The notes under the pieces were generated by a model. That model was not told where the DNA came from. It did no database searches and saw only the letters and a list, made by a program, of their open reading frames with translations. A stretch of DNA of 38,607 nucleotides. Source: Gammaproteobacteria bacterium GWE2_37_16 (GTDB lineage: Bacteria > Pseudomonadota > Gammaproteobacteria > UBA9339). Positions 7,680 through 16,210 of this stretch are shown here, piece by piece. The number at the start of each line of letters is the position of its first letter. Positions within the stretch are counted from its first letter, which is position 1. The DNA is taken from NCBI GenBank assembly GCA_001801285.1, contig MGXG01000005.1:1-38607 (forward strand), given 5' to 3'. The translations under genes and the position numbers were made by a program.

Positions 7680-10658
7680 TTATGCGTATTTTCGTGTTTC
7701 ACATTTTCCTGAATCTTCAGAATCGGAAAGATTCCCAGCACATCTCATACAAACTTCTGGGTATTCTGGATTTTTGCCAATATCATCACGTCTATGCCAA
7801 CAACGTGGGCATTTTTGGTGTGGGGATTTGGTTACCGTTATCCAAAGTTCTGGATCATCGGTCGCAACAGCTTTTTCATCTCGCTCCGACAATGGTCTAA
7901 TTATTGCCGCTGATGTTATAAAGACAAAACGCAGCTCGTCTTTTTCTGCAAGTTTACGCAACTCCGCAAACTCATCACCACAATACAAAACAACTTCTGC
8001 CTCAAGGCTTGAGCCGATTTCGCCTGCGGCGCGATGTTTTTCTATTTCCTCATTAACTGCGTCCGCTATTCCCGGGGGAGATTCCGGCAGATAAGAAGAC
8101 CAGCATTGCTGATTTAATAAAGCATTGTTTGGATCAGAAGATATATACTCACTCAAAAAAATGGATTCGACTCGCTCTTGAGTTGGCCACATTGCACGCA
8201 TTTCCTGCCAAATTTCTTCTGCAGTAAAACTTAAAACAGGGGCAATACAACGCACCAAAATTTCTAAAACATAATACAAAGCTGTTTGAGCAGAACGACG
8301 TCCATGACTGGATTCAGGCATCGTATATAAACGATCTTTGATGATACTAAAATAAAAATTACTAAGATCGGTAAGGTGTGCTGAAATGACTGAGCGAAAG
8401 ACATAAGGAAAATCATTAGTTTTGTATAAATTACTCACTACATTTTGTGTATAAAATATATTTATTACTGTCGTTCGGTCAAATTGCAATAACTCATTGC
8501 GAGCAACTAAATCTTTTGTTGGATCAAATCCAGCTAAATTACCCAATAAAAAGCGTGCGGTATTTCTGATTAAACGATAAGTATCAATATTGCGCGCTAA
8601 AATCTCGTCTGAAACGGGTAAGTCCTCATACATATAAATCGATGCCGCCCAAAGACGTAAAATATCTGCGCCCAGCGTATCAGTAACTTTTTGCGGCAAA
8701 ATGACATTACCTAAAGATTTCGACATTTTCTTGCCTGCACCATCAACAGTAAAACCATGAGAAACAACTTGTTTGTATGGCGCTTTACCGTTGATTGCTA
8801 GAGAGGTGAGTAATGACGATTGAAACCAACCACGATATTGGTCTGAACCTTCGATATAAAGATCGGCTGGGAAATGCAATTCAGCATGTTCTTTAGCTAC
8901 GCAATAATGCGATACACCTGAATCAAACCAAACATCGAGTGTATCGGTAACTTTTGTATAATCTTCACTGGGATATTCAGGTGCATGTTGTTTTAAAAAT
9001 TCATCCTTGTTTAGTTTTTGCCAAAATTCAATTCCTTCCTGTTCGACACCATTCGCAACAATTTTCAATAATTCATGCCATTGTGGATGCATTTCATCTC
9101 GTGATTCACCACTACTCATATGTACAAAAAGCGCAATAGGCGTTCCCCAAACGCGTTGGCGTGAAATACACCAATCAGGACGATTGCCAACCATTTCTTT
9201 GATGCGTTCTTTGCCGTGCGGTGCTAGCCATTTTACAGTTTCGATTTCTTCCAATGCCATTTGGCGGAGTGATTTACCATGCACGCCTGGTTTATCCATA
9301 AACGCAAACCATTGCCTAGTTGCCAAAAAAATAAGTGGCTTTTTATGTCGCCAGCAATGTGGGTAACTATGCGTTATTTTTTCTTCTTGAATTAAGATTC
9401 CATCTTTGCGTAAATATTCAATTATATCTGGATTAGCATCGAAAACTTTTTTTCCATTAATCAAATCAGGCAAATTACTGCACCATCCTCCAAAACGACC
9501 AAATGCATCCACCATGCATAGCAACATATTCCCTAATTTATCCACGTTATTTTTGTCATAACAAGCTTTAAAATCATCCAAACCATGCATGGGTGCGGTA
9601 TGCACAGCGCCTGTACCAGCATCAACCGTAACGTGCTTACCAAATATAACTGGTACATATTGCCTTTTGTCCGTTTTTATCACAGGTGGCTCTAATCTTG
9701 CTTCATCAAATTGTTCCCCTATAAAGTTGGCAATAACTCGATAATCTTTCACCCCATATCTTTGCATCACACTTTCCAGCAACTCTTTTGCAATTAACAA
9801 TTGTTCCAATTCTCCTTCTACGCCATCCAATACAACACGACATTCAACCAACACATACTCCAACTCCGCATTCAAACACACTGCCTCATTCGCAGGCAAA
9901 GTCCATGGCGTTGTTGTCCAAATTGGTATGCTTGCATTTTTAATATTTTCCAAGCCGAATTTTTCTTGAAAGAATTTTTCAGAATCAACAAATCGAAACC
10001 GCACATCAATCGCTGGTGATTCTTTGTCCTGATATTCAACTTCCGCTTCTGCCAACGCCGAACCACAAGCAGTACACCAATGCACTGGCTTAAATCCGCG
10101 CCCAACATAACCATTTTCTATTATTTCACCTAAGGCACGAATTATATTGGCTTCGTAACTTGGCTTCATTGTTAAATATGGGTTTTCCCAATCACCAAAC
10201 ACACCTAAACGCTTAAATGCCTCACGCTGCACATCGACCTGGCTTGCCGCATATTCGCGACATTTGGCAATAAACTCCTCTTTGGTAATTTTATCCCCTG
10301 CCCGTCCGTGTTTTTTTTCAACATTTAATTCAATCGGCAAACCGTGACAATCCCAACCCGGCACATAAGGCGTTGCATAACCATCCAACATGCGCGATTT
10401 CATAATAATATCTTTGAAAATTTTATTGACGGCATGACCTAAATGAATTTCACCGTTAGCATATGGAGGACCATCATGTAGTGTGAAATTTTCTACAGCT
10501 TCCTTTTTAACTGATTGATTTATATGGCAATTTTGTTTACATATCTTTTGGTAAATGTCTATTTTTTGCCAAAATGCCAAAAACTGTGGTTCGCGTTTAG
10601 CTAAGTCAGCCCGCATGGGGAAATTAGTTTTTGGTAAATTTACTTTGTAATCTGCCAT
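7680..10658 (-). CDS. ileS: isoleucine--tRNA ligase
   Basis: 992 aa. HIGH (PYANGEIHLGHAVNK), KMSKS (KKMSKSLGN), C-terminal Zn finger CPRCWHRR...CMRCAGN. AGGAAAA RBS. Confidence 0.97.
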   Translation of the reverse strand: MADYKVNLPKTNFPMRADLAKREPQFLAFWQKIDIYQKICKQNCHINQSVKKEAVENFTLHDGPPYANGEIHLGHAVNKIFKDIIMKSRMLDGYATPYVPGWDCHGLPIELNVEKKHGRAGDKITKEEFIAKCREYAASQVDVQREAFKRLGVFGDWENPYLTMKPSYEANIIRALGEIIENGYVGRGFKPVHWCTACGSALAEAEVEYQDKESPAIDVRFRFVDSEKFFQEKFGLENIKNASIPIWTTTPWTLPANEAVCLNAELEYVLVECRVVLDGVEGELEQLLIAKELLESVMQRYGVKDYRVIANFIGEQFDEARLEPPVIKTDKRQYVPVIFGKHVTVDAGTGAVHTAPMHGLDDFKACYDKNNVDKLGNMLLCMVDAFGRFGGWCSNLPDLINGKKVFDANPDIIEYLRKDGILIQEEKITHSYPHCWRHKKPLIFLATRQWFAFMDKPGVHGKSLRQMALEEIETVKWLAPHGKERIKEMVGNRPDWCISRQRVWGTPIALFVHMSSGESRDEMHPQWHELLKIVANGVEQEGIEFWQKLNKDEFLKQHAPEYPSEDYTKVTDTLDVWFDSGVSHYCVAKEHAELHFPADLYIEGSDQYRGWFQSSLLTSLAINGKAPYKQVVSHGFTVDGAGKKMSKSLGNVILPQKVTDTLGADILRLWAASIYMYEDLPVSDEILARNIDTYRLIRNTARFLLGNLAGFDPTKDLVARNELLQFDRTTVINIFYTQNVVSNLYKTNDFPYVFRSVISAHLTDLSNFYFSIIKDRLYTMPESSHGRRSAQTALYYVLEILVRCIAPVLSFTAEEIWQEMRAMWPTQERVESIFLSEYISSDPNNALLNQQCWSSYLPESPPGIADAVNEEIEKHRAAGEIGSSLEAEVVLYCGDEFAELRKLAEKDELRFVFITSAAIIRPLSERDEKAVATDDPELWITVTKSPHQKCPRCWHRRDDIGKNPEYPEVCMRCAGNLSDSEDSGKCETRKYA

Positions 10659-10708
10659 TAGGTTTTCCTAAATATTTAATATTGAGCTTTCATTAGTTTC
10701 TTGTTGTT

Positions 10709-11026
10709 TTATGAAAATTGCACTTGATGCCTGCAATCGCACATATTACCAGTAGATAACTTATGCAAAACACTTGTAATAAAAGTTTGGTATGGCAATC
10801 CTTCCTCAACAGCCATTTTTTTAATTCTTTCCAAATCACTTTCATAAACTCTAATCGTTATTCTTTTCCCTTTTTTGGGGTAGTCCTTTGCTGCTAATTG
10901 CAACATCTTTTTTGTTTTTTCTTCTTTCTTGGTTGTTGCAGACATAAGTGATGCAAAATTATTTTCCAATTCCTGTTCATCTTCATCTAATTGCACTTGT
11001 TTTGCCTGAGTACTTTTTTTTTTCAT
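10709..11026 (-). CDS. brnA: BrnA-like antitoxin (CopG/RHH-type)
   Basis: 105 aa. C-terminal KRITIRVYESDLERIKKMAVEEGLPYQTFITSVLHKLSTG matches the BrnA pattern. ATGA overlap with the upstream toxin gene. Confidence 0.65.
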   Translation of the reverse strand: MKKKSTQAKQVQLDEDEQELENNFASLMSATTKKEEKTKKMLQLAAKDYPKKGKRITIRVYESDLERIKKMAVEEGLPYQTFITSVLHKLSTGNMCDCRHQVQFS

Positions 11027-11304
11027 AATTTACCTCCGTTTTTTAGATAATATTTTGTTGCTTCTCTACTAGCAAAAACTGTTTTAAGAAATATAAAATC
11101 ATTTTTCACCACAAATGGCATTTGATAGGCATAATTTTCTATCTGTAAAATCGCAACCCATTGGTTTGGATATTTCTTAACATTTGGGTGTTTTTTAACA
11201 TCCAAAACGCCACCTTCTGCTATAGCCAATATAGCATCCTCAAAATTTACCCCTCTTTCCATTTTGAGCTTTTTGTTTTTTTCAGGGTCGAAAATATATT
11301 GCAT
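11023..11304 (-). CDS. brnT: BrnT-like (DUF497) toxin
   Basis: 93 aa. FDPEKNKKLKMERGVNFEDA...IFLKTVFASREATKYY matches the BrnT signature (F-D-x-x-K, ..SAR.AT..E...Y). Confidence 0.65.
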   Translation of the reverse strand: MQYIFDPEKNKKLKMERGVNFEDAILAIAEGGVLDVKKHPNVKKYPNQWVAILQIENYAYQMPFVVKNDFIFLKTVFASREATKYYLKNGGKL

Positions 11305-11431
11305 ATATTATGTGGTCAAACTTACATTATTTTGTTCAGATTACATCTAATGCGCATCTTTTGTCAACAATCGGTAACTGTTTTCAGGTCAGTTAATATT
11401 CACTCTTCTTCGCCAACACATATGAGTATAA

Positions 11432-12388
11432 TCATGTAGAAAATGATTTCCTTATCTTATCAAAAACAAACTCCTTTGCCCTAGCAACATCCAAACCAAT
11501 TTGATTCTTCAATTCCATAAAATCCGCAAACTTCTTTTCATCTCTTAATTTATGCAAAAAATCCACTGTGATTTTACGTTGATAAATATTTTCCGTAAAA
11601 TCAAATATATAAACCTCAAGCAGGAGTTTTTTTCCACCAACTGTTGGTCGAAACCCAATATTAGCAACTCCATAATGTTTTTTCTTATCATCTAAGTCAT
11701 GAACGCGCGCTACATAAACACCAGCGAGTGGCAAAACCTTATGATGCAAAGCAATATTGGCAGTCGGAAAACCCAAATCACGCCCAACTTTATCTCCATG
11801 CACCACTCTTCCTGTAATACCATATGCCCTTCCAAGTATTTTCGTAGCATTTGCCAAATCACCTTTTTCTAGATAATTACGAATCCCAGTACTACCAACC
11901 CTTACACCATCGACCTTATACGCTGGCACAACAACGACAGAAAAATTATGTTTTACTCCATGTTGCAAAAGTTCACCTCCTCCTTCTTTATCACAACCAA
12001 AAACAAAATCATCACCAACAACCAGCCCTTTAATATGTAAGTTAGCTATCAATACTCGCTGTATAAAATCATCAGCCGATAATTTTGCCAACCTCTCATC
12101 AAAACGTAAACACAAAACCCGATCAATACCTACTTGGCGCAAAATCTTTATTTTCTCAACCAAAGTAGTTAAACGCGGTAGCTTTTTTTCATTCGATTGA
12201 AAATATTCTACCGGTTGTGGTTCGAAAAGAATAACGGTAGATGGCAAACCATGCGCTTGCGCACTTTGCCGTAAACGCGCCAATATTTGTTGATGTCCTA
12301 AATGGACGCCATCAAAATTACCAATAGTTGCAATGCAAGAATCAGCAAATGGAGAAAGAGAATTAAGACCGCGGATAATTAGATGCAT
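11432..12388 (-). CDS. ribF: bifunctional riboflavin kinase / FMN adenylyltransferase
   Basis: 318 aa. GNFDGVHLGHQ nucleotidyltransferase motif and a C-terminal riboflavin kinase domain (GFPTANI). Confidence 0.95.
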   Translation of the reverse strand: MHLIIRGLNSLSPFADSCIATIGNFDGVHLGHQQILARLRQSAQAHGLPSTVILFEPQPVEYFQSNEKKLPRLTTLVEKIKILRQVGIDRVLCLRFDERLAKLSADDFIQRVLIANLHIKGLVVGDDFVFGCDKEGGGELLQHGVKHNFSVVVVPAYKVDGVRVGSTGIRNYLEKGDLANATKILGRAYGITGRVVHGDKVGRDLGFPTANIALHHKVLPLAGVYVARVHDLDDKKKHYGVANIGFRPTVGGKKLLLEVYIFDFTENIYQRKITVDFLHKLRDEKKFADFMELKNQIGLDVARAKEFVFDKIRKSFST

Positions 12389-12392
12389 ACAC

Positions 12393-13145
12393 TTACATTA
12401 CAGATAACATCTCACACTCGCTATTACTTTCATAAAACAACGCAGTAGCAATGTTTTGCTCTTTTTCTTCCCATGAACCTAACACAATATGGCGCATTCT
12501 TTTGCCATCCTGATTTGTTTCCTCGATCAATGGCATATGGATATGTCCATGAATAATTTGATCGACGTTGAATTTTTGCATCATTAATAACGCTTCTTTT
12601 TGTACCGTATTTTTCAGATCCACACGCGAACGGCTCAAACCACGTATACAACTTAAGGTATGAACGAAAGAAGCAGCATTTTTACGAATACAAAAAGGTA
12701 AACTAAGAAACATTTGTTGTCGCACTTTATCACGAGTTAAAGCACGAAATTTCGCGTACAACGCATCTTTACCACAAAGCAAATCTCCGTGCGTCAATAA
12801 GGTTTTCCGCCCATAAAGGTCAATCACCGTCGGATCTTCCAAAAGAATACAATCGCTATCGTAAGCAAAATCTTTACCAAGCAAAAAATCACGATTGCCA
12901 GACATCAAAAAAACCTTAGTGCCGCTAACAACAAGCTGTTGCAAAGCAATTCTTACTTGTTTCGCTAAAATACCGCGATCATCATCACCCGCCCAAACAA
13001 CAAATAAATCACCCAAAATATATAATGCCTCCGCTTCTTTTGCCTTAGTTTGCAAAAACAAAAAAAAAGCAGCAACGGTTTTCGGATGAGATACATCTAA
13101 ATGCAAATCGGCGATAAAAAGGGTTTGTGGTTTTTTATTGTTCAT
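12393..13145 (-). CDS. lpxH: UDP-2,3-diacylglucosamine diphosphatase
   Basis: 250 aa. Calcineurin-like motifs FIADLHLD, GDLF, GNRD, THGD, GHIH in LpxH order. Confidence 0.9.
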   Translation of the reverse strand: MNNKKPQTLFIADLHLDVSHPKTVAAFFLFLQTKAKEAEALYILGDLFVVWAGDDDRGILAKQVRIALQQLVVSGTKVFLMSGNRDFLLGKDFAYDSDCILLEDPTVIDLYGRKTLLTHGDLLCGKDALYAKFRALTRDKVRQQMFLSLPFCIRKNAASFVHTLSCIRGLSRSRVDLKNTVQKEALLMMQKFNVDQIIHGHIHMPLIEETNQDGKRMRHIVLGSWEEKEQNIATALFYESNSECEMLSVM

Positions 13146-13184
13146 ATGGCATTTTAATTATGATATCGTACTAATTATAGTTGC

Positions 13185-13345
13185 GTAGCCGCAGACTGTA
13201 GCCGCAGACTTCAGTCTGCGTAACATACATCCCGTGCACGCCAATATATAATACAATTTGGTGTAGCCGCAAGCTTTAGCTTGCGTTATTATATGTACAA
13301 TAATTAACCCGCAGACTAAAGTCTGCGGCTACAGTCTGCGGCTAC
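13185..13345. repeat. REP cluster in the lpxH-cysS spacer: half+full REP (13185-13220, +), single REP (13263-13285, +), full+half REP (13310-13345, -)
   Basis: 13185-13220 and the reverse complement of 13310-13345 are identical at 35/36 positions (GTAGCCGCAGACTGTAGCCGCAGACTT[C/T]AGTCTGCG). Confidence 0.9.
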
Positions 13346-13390
13346 AAAATCCCTAAAAATAAAAATTCAATAATTTAAAATTTCCATCTT

Positions 13391-14815
13391 ATGTTACACC
13401 TATACAACACCCCTTCCAAAACCAAAGAACCTCTACAACCAATCAAACCAGGAAAAATCGGTTTGTACGTATGCGGACTCACCGTCTACAATTACTGCCA
13501 TGTCGGCAATGCACGGGTTTCCGTCGTGTTTGACGTTTTAACGCGTTATTTACGCACCTTAGGTTATGAGGTAACTTATGTCCGCAATATAACTGACATC
13601 GATGATAAAATAATACACCGCGCCCAGGTTTTGCGCATGAGTGTGCCAGAGTTAACACAACAATTCATTCTTGCTCTGCACGAAGACGAAGCAGCGCTAG
13701 GTAATATTCCACCGACTGCTGAACCACGCGCTACTGACAATATTCCGGAAATGATCGCATTAATTGATACTCTTCTTCGGGAAAAATATGCCTATATTGC
13801 AAAAAACGGCGATATTTACTATGAAGTTAGCAAATTTAAAGCTTATGGTGAATTTGCCCATCAAAATCTGGATAACTTACGCGCCGGCACACGCGTTGAA
13901 GTTGAAACCGCTAAACGCGATCCTTTAGATTTCGTACTTTGGAAAAAAGCCAAACCAGGAGAACCATCCTGGGCGTCGCCCTGGGGAGATGGTCGCCCTG
14001 GCTGGCATACTGAGTGCGTCGTTATGTCGGCTTTACACTTAGATGAACGTTTTGATATTCACGGTGGTGGAGCTGATTTAAAATTCCCACATCATCAAAA
14101 TGAAGTCGCTCAAGCGGAAGCGATTTACAACCATCCGGTAGTTAATATTTGGATGCACGTTGGTTTTGTTGAATTCAACCATGAGAAAATGTCGAAATCA
14201 AAAGGCAATTTCTTCACTTTGCGTGAAGTTTTAAAAGAATATCATCCAGAAGTTGTGCGTTTATTTTTGTTGTCGAGCCATTATCGCAGCCCTCTCGATT
14301 ATACAGTTGAGAATTTAAACATGACACACGCCTCTTTGCGACGCCTTTACACTGCTATCAAAGACGTGAAAGAAAAAATGATCATTGACGCAACTATGAT
14401 AGATCATATCCGAAAAAATAATTTGGAAATTGATGCTGTTTACCAACAATTTTTTGCTGGAATGAATGACGATTTAAACACGCCACTTGCTATATCTTAC
14501 TTATTTAACCTGGCTCACAACATCAATAAACTACGTGAACAGGGAGATATTGTGCAGGTCGAACAATACGCTACCGTTCTGCGCTATTTAGGGCGTAATA
14601 TTTTTGGTATTTTACAAAAAAACCCGGATACGTTTTTACGCGGCGACAGCAGCGGTTTGGATGTTAACAAAATAGAACAATTAATCAACGAACGCCAGGA
14701 AGCAAGAAAAAACAAAGATTGGAAAACATCTGACCAAGTTCGCGATGAGCTAACACGAATGGGTGTTGAGCTTGAAGATACCCCAACTGGAACAAGCTGG
14801 AAAAAAACAAGCTAA
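13391..14815 (+). CDS. cysS: cysteine--tRNA ligase
   Basis: 474 aa. CHVGNAR (HIGH-type), KMSKSKGN, Zn-binding Cys/His pattern. Confidence 0.97.
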   Translation: MLHLYNTPSKTKEPLQPIKPGKIGLYVCGLTVYNYCHVGNARVSVVFDVLTRYLRTLGYEVTYVRNITDIDDKIIHRAQVLRMSVPELTQQFILALHEDEAALGNIPPTAEPRATDNIPEMIALIDTLLREKYAYIAKNGDIYYEVSKFKAYGEFAHQNLDNLRAGTRVEVETAKRDPLDFVLWKKAKPGEPSWASPWGDGRPGWHTECVVMSALHLDERFDIHGGGADLKFPHHQNEVAQAEAIYNHPVVNIWMHVGFVEFNHEKMSKSKGNFFTLREVLKEYHPEVVRLFLLSSHYRSPLDYTVENLNMTHASLRRLYTAIKDVKEKMIIDATMIDHIRKNNLEIDAVYQQFFAGMNDDLNTPLAISYLFNLAHNINKLREQGDIVQVEQYATVLRYLGRNIFGILQKNPDTFLRGDSSGLDVNKIEQLINERQEARKNKDWKTSDQVRDELTRMGVELEDTPTGTSWKKTS

Positions 14816-14881
14816 CATCTCAAAGAAATCTTAGAAATCTGCAAAAGTACCCTAGACGCAGGCTTCGTAGCGCCAAGTTTC

Positions 14882-14992
14882 GTAGCCGCAGGCTTCAGCC
14901 TGCGTTATAATAAGTTTCCATCTTGTAAGGTCGGTAATAATTCCCAAGTTTAATACGCAAGCTAAAGCTTGCGGCTACGTGCTTGCGGCTAC
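14882..14992. repeat. REPIN-like pair: REP (14882-14904, +) and inverted REP plus half-REP (14956-14992, -)
   Basis: GTAGCCGCAGGCTTCAGCCTGCG, then CGCAAGCTAAAGCTTGCGGCTAC-GT-GCTTGCGGCTAC. Abuts the cvpA stop codon and lies downstream of cysS (convergent gene ends). Confidence 0.85.
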
Positions 14993-14993
14993 T

Positions 14994-15644
14994 TTATTTA
15001 GAAAACAACCCACCTAAAGATGTCCCTTGGGATTGCCCACCACTCACACCACCCATAATATTGCCTACTTGCGATTTAATCGTGCTGGTAACACTGTTCG
15101 TAATAGAATCGACATTTATATTAGGCATGGAAACATTAGGTATACTAATACCGGTAACGGAACCAAGATCGCCAATATTTTTCGGTATATAACCACGCAA
15201 CCAAGTCACAACGCCAGAAAAATGTGGTATTAAAACCGATTGTTTCCACCATGGGCTTTCAGGAAAAGATGTCATAGTACACAGTAAAAGCAATGCTCCC
15301 ACAATTAAAGAACCGCGAGCAAACCCAAAAGCTATACCTAGAATATGATCTATCCCGCCCAAACCAATCTGGGTAATAATACTACGCACTAAAAGCCCGA
15401 CGATAGCGCCCACCAATAAAACACCAATAAAAATACAGGTAAAAGATGCGGCAATTTGTAAAGATGGTGTCTGAAAATAATGACTAAAATAACCAACAAA
15501 AGCGTTGTTATATTTAAAAGCCGCCACAAATGCCAAAATCCAGGTAGTTAATGAAAGTGCTTCTTTCACAAAACCCCGCATTAAACCGATCAACACAGAA
15601 GCGCCAAGAATAAAAATAATAATGTAATCTGCTAGTGTGAACAT
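14994..15644 (-). CDS. cvpA: CvpA-family membrane protein with Gly/Ser-rich C-terminal extension
   Basis: 216 aa. N-terminus DYIIIFILGASVLIGLMRGFVKEALSL and the 4-TM layout are typical of CvpA. Confidence 0.8.
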   Translation of the reverse strand: MFTLADYIIIFILGASVLIGLMRGFVKEALSLTTWILAFVAAFKYNNAFVGYFSHYFQTPSLQIAASFTCIFIGVLLVGAIVGLLVRSIITQIGLGGIDHILGIAFGFARGSLIVGALLLLCTMTSFPESPWWKQSVLIPHFSGVVTWLRGYIPKNIGDLGSVTGISIPNVSMPNINVDSITNSVTSTIKSQVGNIMGGVSGGQSQGTSLGGLFSK

Positions 15645-15698
15645 AAGTGAAATTTTTAATTTTATGTGGCGTTGTGGAATAATTGAAAAAACTATGAC

Positions 15699-15774
15699 GT
15701 AGCCGCAGACTTTATAGTCTGCGTAACTTACAATTATTGCACCTAATATATCGCAGGCTAAAGCCTGCGGCTAC
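15699..15774. repeat. REPIN doublet (15699-15723 +, GAC-type stem; 15752-15774 -, GGC-type stem)
   Basis: GTAGCCGCAGACTTTATAGTCTGCG ... CGCAGGCTAAAGCCTGCGGCTAC. Confidence 0.85.
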
Positions 15775-15948
15775 AAAATCGTTATTAATGCGAATTATTT
15801 AACAACGCCATTTTATGTTATTAATATTGAATTAATTTTACCGAAGATGGAAAGAAATAGCTATCGTAAATGATTTATTGGTTTTTATTTTTTGGTAAAT
15901 ATTTTTTTACTGATTGTTTGCTGGTTACAATTACGTAGGCACAAACCC

Positions 15949-15971
15949 GTAGCCGCAGGCTTTAGCCTGCG
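15949..15971 (+). repeat. single REP
   Basis: GTAGCCGCAGGCTTTAGCCTGCG. Confidence 0.85.
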
Positions 15972-16136
15972 CGGTCGATTATGCGTATATATTTTGAATA
16001 ACATAATATTGTATAAATACTAAAATCTAAAACCCAAATCGGCAAATAACAACAGCCCAAATACATAAAATTAGATATATAAAATTCAGAAACCCAAAAC
16101 ATCAAAGCCAAATTAAAATTCGAGCCAAAATTGATA

Positions 16137-16192
16137 CGCAGTCTAAAGTTTGCGGCTACAAAAAGATAAATCAGGTTAAAGCCTGCGGCTAC
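16137..16192 (-). repeat. two degenerate REPs at the left border of the R-M island
   Basis: CGCAGTCTAAAGTTTGCGGCTAC (16137-16159) and CAGGTTAAAGCCTGCGGCTAC (16172-16192). Confidence 0.7.
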
Positions 16193-16210
16193 GGGATTGC
16201 GACTGGGGAG

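Noticed and set aside
15994-16010. AATAACATAATATTG at the left side of the R-M island as an inverted att-like partner of CAATATGTTATT (28273-28285)
   Set aside because: It is only ~13 nt, imperfect and purely AT-rich. Such matches are expected by chance in this composition, and no integrase is present.
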